A DNA stretch of 64,000 nucleotides from Alistipes sp. (GTDB taxonomy: Bacteria; Bacteroidota; Bacteroidia; Bacteroidales; Rikenellaceae). The stretch lies in NCBI GenBank assembly GCA_031285345.1, contig JAITWI010000008.1:36111-100110 (forward strand), read 5' to 3'. Within the stretch, counting starts at the first letter, position 1. Every line of letters starts with the position of its first letter. A program made the translations under genes and the position numbers. Below the pieces are notes generated by a model. That model worked only from the letters and a program-made list of their open reading frames with translations. It did no database searches and was not told the DNA's origin. Shown piece by piece: positions 37,001 through 45,437 of the stretch.

Positions 37001-38050
37001 CGTCTGGTCGGAGGGTAGGCCGTCGGGCGAAAAGGCGAACCACGAGGCCGACAGCGGCAGATCCATCCCGTCGTCGGTGCGCACCGACGCGTTGATTATC
37101 AGGCGGCACGAACGCGAATTATGAACCACCGAGCCCCCCTCCGACGAGACGAAATATTTGCGCCCGACGGTCTGTTCGATCGTGGCCGTGCCGGTGAGGA
37201 TGTCGGGCGACGAGAGGAAAGCCGCGCTGTAAGCCTTCACGCGGCGCCTTGCGTCGGCACGATCGAACGCGATTTCTGCGGCGGTGAAGGGGACCTCGTA
37301 GTGGTTCTCGACCGGGGCGGGCGACCAGTCGGGGGCCGAGTCCTCCCTTGCGGCGTTCACGCGGTCGGCGGCACGGGCGTTTTCCAACGAGGCCACCGAG
37401 CGGCGATAGTCGCGCTCCACCTCGCGCCAAATCGTCTGACGGACGGCGGCGTGAGGGTCGGATGCTTCGGCGGCGTGAGGGTCGGGTGCCTGTGGGTCGA
37501 TGGTTTTTTTGTCGAGGTCGGATGCTTCGGCGTTCGGGTCGTGGTGGGCGGTCGGGTTTTCGATACGATCTCCGTAGTCCAACGGCAGCAGAATCTTGGA
37601 GCCGCGGTAGTCGTCCTGAGCCGTTCCGTTGTGAAAATTATCGAACGCCGGAGTGCCCACGCGGATGTGCGGTTCGAAAATTCGCTCGCGGGAATCGGTG
37701 TCGGCAAACAGAACGCCGAGCGAGGCACCGATTTTGCATTGGCGGGTGTCGGTCACACGAAAGTCGATGTAGTAGGGGGCGACGGGCGCCGCCGAGAGCC
37801 GGCTGAAAGTGTAGTCGAGTTCGTCGCGCAAAACCTCCGGCAGCGGATCGGACAGGAATCGCGCTTCGCTATGTTGGGTTTCACTATCCGGAGTTTCGCT
37901 ATGCGCCGCCGCCGGGGAGCTTGGCGGCACGCTTGCCGAGGCGTTCGCTTGGACTCTTATCGAGCCGTTCGCCGTAACGTTCGCCGCGACGCAGACGAAA
38001 AACAGGGCGAAAAAGGCGGGCAAAAGTTGAACAAAAATAGATTTTCGCAT
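34034..38050 (-). CDS. secreted single-chain TldD-like plus PmbA-like metallopeptidase fusion (1338 aa)
   Basis: It has a signal peptide. The first module carries the TldD zinc motif FHEIFGHRVEG and ends GVCGAESGAVAVTAVSPALLVGEVEVQ. The second PmbA/TldD-like module has no HExxxGH and ends SMIHPSGVLMEDVEI. Confidence 0.78.
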   Translation of the reverse strand: MRKSIFVQLLPAFFALFFVCVAANVTANGSIRVQANASASVPPSSPAAAHSETPDSETQHSEARFLSDPLPEVLRDELDYTFSRLSAAPVAPYYIDFRVTDTRQCKIGASLGVLFADTDSRERIFEPHIRVGTPAFDNFHNGTAQDDYRGSKILLPLDYGDRIENPTAHHDPNAEASDLDKKTIDPQAPDPHAAEASDPHAAVRQTIWREVERDYRRSVASLENARAADRVNAAREDSAPDWSPAPVENHYEVPFTAAEIAFDRADARRRVKAYSAAFLSSPDILTGTATIEQTVGRKYFVSSEGGSVVHNSRSCRLIINASVRTDDGMDLPLSASWFAFSPDGLPSDQTVLTEVRRMVETLTAMASAPVVDPYTGPAILSGEAAGVFFHEIFGHRVEGQRMKSDADGQTFKKMVGQQVLPRGFGVYDDPTLRSYGAEDLHGHYLYDDQGVRARRVDIVEDGVLKEFLMTRTPIDAFASSNGHARAAADRTPVSRQSNLVVESSRPLSDEQLRKALVREAKARGKEFGLFFKKVTGGFTQTGRYTAGSFNVTPLEVYKIYVDGRPDELVRGVDLIGTPLSMFAGIIAAGGDGDEDRRGDGDKFDRATFGGIGIFTGVCGAESGAVAVTAVSPALLVGEVEVQRKAKTAETPPLLPRPDVAPDTDEASGLGEPETTIAQRGLGDHQSLDGLEVADARSCTDDREADDDATIFAAMRSELARNMVRLRPSRHDAVETDGNEVPVVAARAIAESSPFHISLLYSDLRAISVRATLGKVTYSRLEPTRTIGTRVLLGDGRVTSDMSYGGAYNLRPAAIETDRDQIRREVWLSVDHAYKRAAADLARKLAIRRQTVRTPEEETLPDLTPMPIIPPASDRATEHATEQDREQEREEERLEEVARHLSAILTDFPSLYGSQVGVTVYDRTDRTLSAERTGMADTMGSGGAEAGFETTAMKQSAGFETTAVAPASFEETATEQSMRFVAISVSASVRTPEGGEFSDGREFFIPCDPSTPAPNQSSNPQEPPCVITDSVEKELEAWVGDFARELEAWAAAPAIDDFYIGPVLFVDRGAFELFDGNLLAGDGSALLAKRRPETQTSPPSPRRLEVRLGKRVLDRRLSIVNHSSMRRWCDPDSATNSTSTRNFPDAAGIPLMGYYRIDADGVMPPDSTMLVEDGMLRLLLGGRIPTPGHSASTGSNRFSVDMQPYIAPGTLEIRTKGGTTMEGLRADLLRLASEDGLDHAYVVERAAGMVDRVWRIEVSTGEQTLVRGARVVIPTLGALRRVAGVSSERTARNYLAGRVPASMIHPSGVLMEDVEIGVGESVGEKPLPTVNPLMREWAR

Positions 38051-38196
38051 GTCGAAGGCGTTAAATATGCAATACAACGACCGCAAATTTAATGTTTTTA
38101 TTGTCCGTAAGGATAATATATATTAGTTTCGCGTCGTTTTTGAGTTTAGACAACGGCTTGGATTATGCGAATGTAAAAACCATAAATAAACTTTAT

Positions 38197-39471
38197 ATGA
38201 ATATGAACAGAAAACATTACCTATCGACGGCGGCCACAATTGCCGCCATAGTCGTCGCGGGAGCGATGGCGTCGTGCATCGACAAGGAGTACGACATCGA
38301 GGGAGACGACCTCGACGGAACGATTGAGATCGCCCCGGGAGGCATCACCGTTCCGCTGGCCACCATCGAACGCTATGAGATTTCGGAACTCATAAAGGAT
38401 TTCGACCAGATAACCGTCACAGACGACGGACTGTTGGCTGTCCGTGTGAGCGGCCAGGCCACCACCGACGTTCCCGTACCGGGTGCGGTGATTGCCGCTG
38501 CGGCCCAATTCGGCGAAGGTGCCGAACCGGTGGACGCGATCACCATCCCCGAGATCGACCTGGCCGACATGCTCGACGGGCTCGACGTCATCGACATTCT
38601 GGAGGGCGCGACGCTCGATCTGGCGGCTCCGCGCATCACCATGTCGATCACCAATCCGACTCCCGTCACCATCGGCTCCACCATGACCCTCACCCCTTCG
38701 GGCGGTGATCCGGTGGTGATCGACGGACTCGACGTGGGCCCGGCCGAGGAGGGCACCGATGGGGTCAACTACTTCTTCATAGCCGAGGACGGTGTGGCTG
38801 CTCCCGCCGACCGCAACTATGTGACGCTGCATCCGGCGAACCTGCGCGGCCTTGCGAGCGACATCATGGGCACGATAAACGGCGGAATGGCGGTGTCGGT
38901 GTTGGATGGCAACGCCGCCGATGTGGACATCGAAGCAATGTATGAGTTCGGCGCGGCCTACGATATCGCCTGCCCGCTGGCGTTCGGCAGCGCGATGCGC
39001 TTCCCGGTGCCGGTCACCTCGACCCAGATGTTGGATATGTTCGCCAACATAGCCGAGCGGAAGATCAGCGTCCCCGAGGTCGGCATCAAGGCCGAGATCA
39101 CCGCTTCGTTCCCCTTCCGCATAGCCGACATCGAGGTCGAGTTCTACGACAATGTGAAAGGCGGCGAGGATGGCGACGGCAATCTGATAGAGGAGGTCGA
39201 CCTCGCGGTAGACGGCGTTATCGAAGGCCCCGCCCCGACGGGCACGGGCAACGTGTCGACCCTGTCGCTGACGCTGAAAGTGGCGGACGGCGACCTGAGG
39301 CGGCTCGCTCGCGTCAAACAGATGCGAATGAACATGCTGCTCACCCCCACCGCCACGGGCAACGAGCTGAGCGGATTCCGCCCGACCGACTACATCGAAG
39401 GCCGCGTGTGGGCGACTCTGCCCGAGGGAGCGACGGTCGACATAAAAGATCTGTTGGATGACAAAGAATAA
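38197..39471 (+). CDS. acidic lipoprotein of unknown function
   Basis: The lipobox is GAMASCID. The protein is D/E/T/V-rich with predicted beta content, and I recognise no family. Confidence 0.7.
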   Translation: MNMNRKHYLSTAATIAAIVVAGAMASCIDKEYDIEGDDLDGTIEIAPGGITVPLATIERYEISELIKDFDQITVTDDGLLAVRVSGQATTDVPVPGAVIAAAAQFGEGAEPVDAITIPEIDLADMLDGLDVIDILEGATLDLAAPRITMSITNPTPVTIGSTMTLTPSGGDPVVIDGLDVGPAEEGTDGVNYFFIAEDGVAAPADRNYVTLHPANLRGLASDIMGTINGGMAVSVLDGNAADVDIEAMYEFGAAYDIACPLAFGSAMRFPVPVTSTQMLDMFANIAERKISVPEVGIKAEITASFPFRIADIEVEFYDNVKGGEDGDGNLIEEVDLAVDGVIEGPAPTGTGNVSTLSLTLKVADGDLRRLARVKQMRMNMLLTPTATGNELSGFRPTDYIEGRVWATLPEGATVDIKDLLDDKE

Positions 39472-39484
39472 GGATGGCCTAAAA

Positions 39485-40903
39485 ATGAATAAGACTATGA
39501 AAAGAATAATATACACTTCGGCCCTTGCTGTCGCATTTGCCGTCACCGCCATCACAGGCGCCCGAGCGCAGGTCCAGCAGCTCAAGACCTCCTACTTTAT
39601 GGAGGGTTCGCTGCCGCGCTACGAGATGAACGCCGCACTCACCCCGCAGAACAGCTACTTCCGATTCGGGTTCGGGGGCATAGGCTTCGGCCTCAACAAT
39701 CGCTTCACCTCGGTGGACAAGATGCTCTACCCGCTGGCGAACGGCAAGATGGGAACTTTCATGCACCCGTCGGTCGACGCGAGCGACTTTTTGGGTTCGC
39801 TCACCAAGCAACCGAACCTCGGGATAGGGTTTAACTATAATCTGTTCGGCTTCGGGCGCTACGCCACCGACAGCAAATACTTCTGGTCGGTGGACTTCAA
39901 CGTCCGCGCCGAAATGGACGCGGTGCTACCCGGCGCGCTGTTCGGCGTGATGAAGGATCTGGGCAACAAGGCCTATCCGGCGGGCAAGTTGGGGGTCGAC
40001 ATGATGCTGTTTTCGGAGTTGGCGTTGGGATTCTCGATGCCCATGCCGTGGGAGAACATCGTGGTCGGCGGCCGGGTCAAGTTTTTGATGGGCCACGCAC
40101 AAGCCACGGCGCAGTTTAGCGACCTGACTATCGACCTGAGCGGCGATGATGCCATGACCACCTCCGTTCGCGGTGACTTCCGCGCAAGTGTTCCCGGATT
40201 TAGCTCCAAGGTGGATGTAGGCGAAAGTGGGATTATTGATGACATGTTCGAGCTCAAGGAGGATCTCATGGTCGGCAACGTGGGCGACGTGTTGCGCGGC
40301 TACGGCGCGGCGATCGACCTGGGTGCCGAACTCAAACTGTTCGACGACCGGTTCAAGGTGTCGCTCGGCGTGAACGACTTGGGTTTCATCGCCTGGAACG
40401 GACGCGGAGCCACGCAGGCCGAGATAGACGAACTGAGGGCCGAATACCGCGGCTTCGACACTGCCGAGGACGAGGTGGATTTTGGGACGCCCGATGATAT
40501 GACGGGTACGGTGACCGGCGCGGGCTACAACAGCCGCCTGTCGACGACTTTGAACGTCGGCGCGGAGTATACCTTCTTGGACAACATGTTGGGCGTGGGC
40601 GTGTTGTCGCACACCCGCTTCGGGCGCATCATAACCCGCAGCGACCTCACCATAACCGGCACCGTGCGCCCTGCAAAGTGGTTCACCGCCGCAATCAGCC
40701 AGACCGTCACCCGCAATCGCTTCGGCGCACTGGGTCTGGCGCTCAACTTCCACCCCCGCGGCTTCAACTTCTTCGTCGGAGCCGACTACCTGCCCGCCAA
40801 CTGGGCACGCATCGAGGGTATACCTCTGCCCCGCAGCGGCAAGTCGATGAACTTCTACACCGGCATTTCATTCGGTTTGGGAGGGCGCTCCAAGCCGTGG
40901 TAG
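39485..40903 (+). CDS. outer-membrane beta-barrel protein (DUF5723-like; the family assignment is tentative)
   Basis: The signal peptide ends GARAQ. The N-terminal motif is TSYFMEGSLPRYEMNAALTP. An amphipathic strand pattern runs to the C-terminus. The start could instead be 39497. Confidence 0.65.
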   Translation: MNKTMKRIIYTSALAVAFAVTAITGARAQVQQLKTSYFMEGSLPRYEMNAALTPQNSYFRFGFGGIGFGLNNRFTSVDKMLYPLANGKMGTFMHPSVDASDFLGSLTKQPNLGIGFNYNLFGFGRYATDSKYFWSVDFNVRAEMDAVLPGALFGVMKDLGNKAYPAGKLGVDMMLFSELALGFSMPMPWENIVVGGRVKFLMGHAQATAQFSDLTIDLSGDDAMTTSVRGDFRASVPGFSSKVDVGESGIIDDMFELKEDLMVGNVGDVLRGYGAAIDLGAELKLFDDRFKVSLGVNDLGFIAWNGRGATQAEIDELRAEYRGFDTAEDEVDFGTPDDMTGTVTGAGYNSRLSTTLNVGAEYTFLDNMLGVGVLSHTRFGRIITRSDLTITGTVRPAKWFTAAISQTVTRNRFGALGLALNFHPRGFNFFVGADYLPANWARIEGIPLPRSGKSMNFYTGISFGLGGRSKPW

Positions 40904-40925
40904 GATAACTAATGCGATGCAATGC

Positions 40926-40962
40926 AAAAACTCCCGTCCGATGTGGCGGGAGTTTTTTGTTT
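40926..40962. terminator. bidirectional Rho-independent terminator between convergent genes
   Basis: The stem pairs aaaaactcccg with cgggagttttt. An A-run lies on one side and a T-run on the other, so it reads as hairpin plus U-tract on both strands. Confidence 0.7.
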
Positions 40963-40998
40963 AATAGATCGCTTGTCGGCCGTTTTACGGGGGCGGAT

Positions 40999-41316
40999 TT
41001 ACGCCTCGCCGGGTGCGAAACCGAGCGTCAGACCATCTTCGGGCGAGGTGTGTTTGCCGTGAACGTCTATGCGCCCGAATGTGCTCTCGTAGCGGGTGAC
41101 GTTGTCCTGCAGCGACAGCAGCACGCGCTTGGCATGCTCCGGAGCAAGCACTATTCGGCTTTTGACCCGCGCTTTGGGTACGCCGGGCATGATGGCCGCG
41201 AAGTCGATGACGAATTCGGTGGGGGAGTGCGAAATCACAGCCAGATTGGCGTAGTGGCCCTGTGCCGTTTCGGGATCGAGTTCGAGGTCGATTCCCTGTT
41301 TCTTTATTTCAGACAT
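40999..41316 (-). CDS. DUF3467 domain protein
   Basis: 105 aa. The segment YANLAVISHSPTEFVIDFAAIMPG...RIVLAPEHAKRVL matches the DUF3467 pattern as I recall it. Confidence 0.75.
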   Translation of the reverse strand: MSEIKKQGIDLELDPETAQGHYANLAVISHSPTEFVIDFAAIMPGVPKARVKSRIVLAPEHAKRVLLSLQDNVTRYESTFGRIDVHGKHTSPEDGLTLGFAPGEA

Positions 41317-41552
41317 TGTGTTCTTTTTCAGGCGTTATTTTATGGTCTTTTCGGCTTCGCCCTTCATCGCGAACCCGTTCGCGGATTTTCCGAGGTTCAT
41401 CCTATCCCAATACGCAGTCAAAGGTAGGCACAGAGGCCTTTCGATGTGCGTTACGTGGCGCGAAGTTATTGCGTAGTTTTCAACAATACGCCGCACAGGA
41501 GGGGGCGGGCATAGGTGCCGCCGATTGGTTTGCCTGTGTCGGGAGGAGTTTG

Positions 41553-42908
41553 TCAGTGCCGCGAAGGGGTGGTCAGCAGCGCGAGGGCTTCGCCGACTAC
41601 GTAGTTGCTGCCGCCGATGTAGATCATGTCTTGAGATCCGGCCGATTCGCGGGCGAGGGCGATGGCCGCGGCGACACATTCGGCCGCCTCTTTGGATGGG
41701 AAAGCGGCGAAACGCGACATCAGTTTTTCGACGGGCATCGAGCGGCTGTTGTCGGCGCGGGTGAGGATATAACGGGCGTCGGCGGGCAGCAGCGGCAGGA
41801 TGGAATCGAGATCCTTGTCGCCCGCGAATCCCAACACCATGTGGAGTTCGCCGCCGGGCCGCGACTCCATGCGGTTGGCGATCTGCCTAACTATCTCGCT
41901 AAGGCCGTGTGCGTTGTGCGCGGTGTCGAGCACTACTAACGGTTCGTTGCCGACGACCTGCCAGCGACCTTTTAAGCCGGTCAGGGCGGCGGCGTTTTCG
42001 AGCCCGGCGCGCAGTGCCGTTCCCGAAATAACAAACCCTGTCGAACGCAAAACATCGACCGCCACGAGCACCGTGCGCACATTTTTTTGCTGGTAATCAC
42101 CGCCCAAATCCAATTGAAAACTATCGGCAGGGATATTTCTATCGGCGGGGGCATTTTTGTCGGCGAAAACGATCGGCGAGTCGACGGCGGCGGCGCTGGC
42201 GCGGAAAACAGGCGCGCTTTCGGGGTCGGTTTCGCCGATGACTACCGGCACTCCCGGCTTTATTATGCCCGCCTTTTCGGCGGCGATCTTGGTTCTCGTA
42301 TCGCCCAGGTACTGAGTGTGTTCGAGGCCTATATTGGTGATTATGGATAGCGCCGGCACTATGATGTTGGTCGAGTCCAACCGTCCGCCCAAACCCGCCT
42401 CGATTATCGCCACGTCGCAACCTCGACCCGAATCCGAATCCGAATCCGAATCCGAATCGAAACCGCATACGCCACCCGAATCCGAATCCTCGCCAAAACC
42501 TTCGCCCCCCGCGAACCACCAGAGCGCCATGGCGGTGGCCATCTCGAAGAAAGTCAGCCCAAGAACCACCATCTCGTCGTGCCATCGGGCGGCGAACCAC
42601 ACCACCGCCGACTCGGGTATCATGTCACCGTCCACGCGGATGCGCTCGCGAAAATCGACCAGGTGCGGCGAGGTGAACAGCCCCACGCGATAGCCCGCCG
42701 ACTGAAGCACCGCCGCAAGCATGTGCGAGGTCGAGCCCTTGCCGTTGGTGCCGGCCACGTGTATGGTCGTGAGGCGGTTATGCGGATTACCGATCGCGTC
42801 GAGGAACGCCTCTATGCGCTCCAGACCGGGCTTATATGCCGCCGCCCCCTTCTGCTCCCACACGGGCAGCGAGGCGAACATAAATTCGAGAGTCTCGGGG
42901 TAGGTCAC
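41553..42908 (-). CDS. folC: bifunctional folylpolyglutamate synthase / dihydrofolate synthase
   Basis: The P-loop HVAGTNGKGST and the motif IIEAGLGGRLDSTN are present in a Mur-ligase fold. The start is GTG. A (DS)n insertion is present. Confidence 0.9.
   Translation of the reverse strand: MTYPETLEFMFASLPVWEQKGAAAYKPGLERIEAFLDAIGNPHNRLTTIHVAGTNGKGSTSHMLAAVLQSAGYRVGLFTSPHLVDFRERIRVDGDMIPESAVVWFAARWHDEMVVLGLTFFEMATAMALWWFAGGEGFGEDSDSGGVCGFDSDSDSDSDSGRGCDVAIIEAGLGGRLDSTNIIVPALSIITNIGLEHTQYLGDTRTKIAAEKAGIIKPGVPVVIGETDPESAPVFRASAAAVDSPIVFADKNAPADRNIPADSFQLDLGGDYQQKNVRTVLVAVDVLRSTGFVISGTALRAGLENAAALTGLKGRWQVVGNEPLVVLDTAHNAHGLSEIVRQIANRMESRPGGELHMVLGFAGDKDLDSILPLLPADARYILTRADNSRSMPVEKLMSRFAAFPSKEAAECVAAAIALARESAGSQDMIYIGGSNYVVGEALALLTTPSRH
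42428..42489. repeat. hexanucleotide microsatellite (ccgaat)x5 plus a second short block, in frame inside folC (encodes DSDSDSDSDS)
   Basis: Read directly: ccgaatccgaatccgaatccgaatccgaat at 42428-42457 and ccgaatccgaatcc at 42476-42489. Confidence 0.85.
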
Positions 42909-42912
42909 GGTT

Positions 42913-43761
42913 CTAAAATTCTATGGCTTCGAGCATTTCGATATACTCAGACTCGTTGAACTCATCCTTTTCCGCATCAAGAATCATTCGGCGACACAGA
43001 GCGTACATCTGATGGGCTCGACCATTGGGGACGTGAATGCTCAGCGACCACAACTCTCCTTCGACCACACACCTGAAATCCACGTAGTAACCATCCATTA
43101 CGATAACCTTATCGCCTCCGGATCTGAAATTGTATATGAGGGCCGCCATTTTTTCTTGCAAGAGATCACCGAGACGGCCGACGGTAAATGTTTTCGTTTC
43201 GGGGCGGAGCGACGCATAGGTCTCCTCGCTTCGTTCTGCCGACTGAGCATCTCCGTTTTGCTTATACGCCTTATGAAGCACCGAATCGAGTATATTTTTC
43301 ACAAGATGTAGCATTTCGGCCTCCCTAAGTTCGGCTTCCAAAAGACGGATATAGTCATAAGGGATGTCTATTTCACCTGTAACTCGACGTATTTCTCTCA
43401 TTTCATCTGTGTAGTCTCCTTTGGGTATGACCTCTATTTTCCAATCGCGGCCGTCGGGCCAATCCTTGTAGAGACGTAAACCCGAACTGGTGGGATTCAT
43501 GAAATCCACACTGCCTACGCTGAACTCAACAGCCGAATTGGTAAAGCCGAAAAACAGTTTGTCCATCATGCTTTTGTCGTCAAGTATGTAGCGCGGCGGC
43601 TTACTTTCATCGGCTTGTCTCAAAGGCCATGGGGTGCGAGTATAGGCGTTGTATGTGATTCGTTTCTCGAAATGTCCCCCGTCGATATGGTCAGCCTCCT
43701 GAGCCGAAGCCAACACGGTAGACAACAGTGTCGTAAGTATCGACGCGATTATATTCTTCAT
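42913..43761 (-). CDS. secreted hypothetical protein with low G+C
   Basis: The signal peptide is MKNIIASILTTLLSTVLASAQ. There is a 4-nt ATGA overlap with the lnt stop. G+C is clearly lower than in the neighbours, and I recognise no family. Confidence 0.7.
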   Translation of the reverse strand: MKNIIASILTTLLSTVLASAQEADHIDGGHFEKRITYNAYTRTPWPLRQADESKPPRYILDDKSMMDKLFFGFTNSAVEFSVGSVDFMNPTSSGLRLYKDWPDGRDWKIEVIPKGDYTDEMREIRRVTGEIDIPYDYIRLLEAELREAEMLHLVKNILDSVLHKAYKQNGDAQSAERSEETYASLRPETKTFTVGRLGDLLQEKMAALIYNFRSGGDKVIVMDGYYVDFRCVVEGELWSLSIHVPNGRAHQMYALCRRMILDAEKDEFNESEYIEMLEAIEF

Positions 43762-45434
43762 GATATCAGGTGTTTGCGGCGAATGCGCCAGGCGACGAAG
43801 TAGAGGATCGACAGCCCCAGCACGAGCATCGAGACGCGAACAGGCCAGTCGCCGAAACGAACGAAAAATGTGATGCGCCGGTCTATCGGCAGGTCGGCCG
43901 TGATCACCCCGCGCTCGTTCCACTCCAAAGTTCCGTCCGTCGCCGAAGTGTCACCCATCACCAAATCCCCGCCCAGCACGTCGCCGCGAGGGGAGATGAA
44001 TCCGCTGCGGCCGGTGTTGGCGCTGCGGGCGACGGAGCGGCGGGTCTCGATCGCCCGCAGGCGCGCCAGGTCGAAGTGCTGACGGTGGCCGGGGGTGTCG
44101 TCCCACCAGCCGTCGTTGGTGATGATGAACAGCAACTCGGCGCCGCCCCGCACGAATTCGGACATGTATTCGCCATAGACAGACTCCCAGCAGATGCCCG
44201 CGCCCGCCCTCACAGTGCCCGTTGCCGCACTCGAACCTGTGCCCGGAGCGACGGCGTCCGGAACGGCAACGGCAACAGCGGCCGATTCGTTGTCGAACAC
44301 AGTGCGGGCGGTGCCGTAGCCATATTGGCCGACATAGAAGTCGAGCCCGTCGATCAGAAATAACAACTTACGTGCCCACCACCACGAGGGCGTCATCTCG
44401 GCCCCTGGCACAAGTTTGGCTTTGTGGTGGATGGCGACCGTGCCGTCGGGCGAGACCGCCAACGCCGAGTTGAAGTGGTCGGAGTAGCCCGTCTCGACGT
44501 CTCCATGGGCGGTGTCGGTGGCTTTTGTCGAGCCGTATAGCCGGTACGTAGTCGCTCCCGCCACTATCGTCGCTTCGGGGGCGCTCGCGGCGACGGCACC
44601 CTTCAACGCGGCTAACGAGGGCGATGAGGCCAAACGTCCCTCGATGAGGCTCTCGTTTACGGCCGCCTCGGGCATCACTATGAAGCGGGTGTCGGAGGGC
44701 GCCTCGGAGATTAGTTCGACAAGGCCGGCGGTCTTCTCCTCGGGCGATATCTCGTTTTGGGCCCAGGCGTCTACGTTGGGCTGCACGACCGTCACCCGGG
44801 CGGTACGGGTCGGTTCGTCGTAGGTGAAGTAAAGGGCGAGCGACACGGCCAACGGGACTATTACGGCCAGCGCGGGGGCGAACAGGTTCTTCACACGGAA
44901 CGGCCTGATCGCCAAAAATTCATATATAAGTATGGAAGAGACGAGCACCCAAACGGTTCCCCCGTAGACGCCCGTCCATTCATACCACTGCACCGCCCAT
45001 GGGTCGTGGGCGAATCCGTTGCCTATGTTGAGCCACGGGAACGACAGCTGGTTGGTGTTGTATATCCACTCGCCGACCGTCCATGCCGACACCAAAAAGG
45101 TGTACGACAACGCTTTGGGCGCGCGCTTCGAGATCCAGAACCAGGCCATTAACGGCAGTCCCGTGTATATCCACGCAAGGAACACCGCCGCTATGGGGCC
45201 CGCCGGAGTCGCCAGCCACACCCACCACACCGTCATGCCGTACCAGAGTGCGAAGAACAACATCACGTAGCCCGCCATCCGCCACCACGAACGGCGCGAG
45301 GCGTCGTGGCGCGAGGCCAATATTAGCAGCGGCACGAATCCCGCCAGCATGGGAAGACCCGACGACAGCCACCATCCGAAAGACATCGCCACCGCCGCGA
45401 GCGCGACCAATCCCAGATTCTGTAAAGTTTTCAT
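43758..45434 (-). CDS. lnt: apolipoprotein N-acyltransferase
   Basis: It has an N-terminal multi-TM domain followed by a CN-hydrolase domain with VVQPN, MPEAA and the catalytic Cys context GICWESVYGE. Confidence 0.9.
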   Translation of the reverse strand: MKTLQNLGLVALAAVAMSFGWWLSSGLPMLAGFVPLLILASRHDASRRSWWRMAGYVMLFFALWYGMTVWWVWLATPAGPIAAVFLAWIYTGLPLMAWFWISKRAPKALSYTFLVSAWTVGEWIYNTNQLSFPWLNIGNGFAHDPWAVQWYEWTGVYGGTVWVLVSSILIYEFLAIRPFRVKNLFAPALAVIVPLAVSLALYFTYDEPTRTARVTVVQPNVDAWAQNEISPEEKTAGLVELISEAPSDTRFIVMPEAAVNESLIEGRLASSPSLAALKGAVAASAPEATIVAGATTYRLYGSTKATDTAHGDVETGYSDHFNSALAVSPDGTVAIHHKAKLVPGAEMTPSWWWARKLLFLIDGLDFYVGQYGYGTARTVFDNESAAVAVAVPDAVAPGTGSSAATGTVRAGAGICWESVYGEYMSEFVRGGAELLFIITNDGWWDDTPGHRQHFDLARLRAIETRRSVARSANTGRSGFISPRGDVLGGDLVMGDTSATDGTLEWNERGVITADLPIDRRITFFVRFGDWPVRVSMLVLGLSILYFVAWRIRRKHLIS

Positions 45435-45437
45435 ACC

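Noticed and set aside
41368-41383. The hairpin cgcgaac-cc-gttcgcg in the DUF3467 / folC spacer as a terminator or riboswitch element.
   Set aside because: The loop is only 2 nt. There is no U-tract on the strand where a terminator would be needed (minus), and I recognised no riboswitch consensus.
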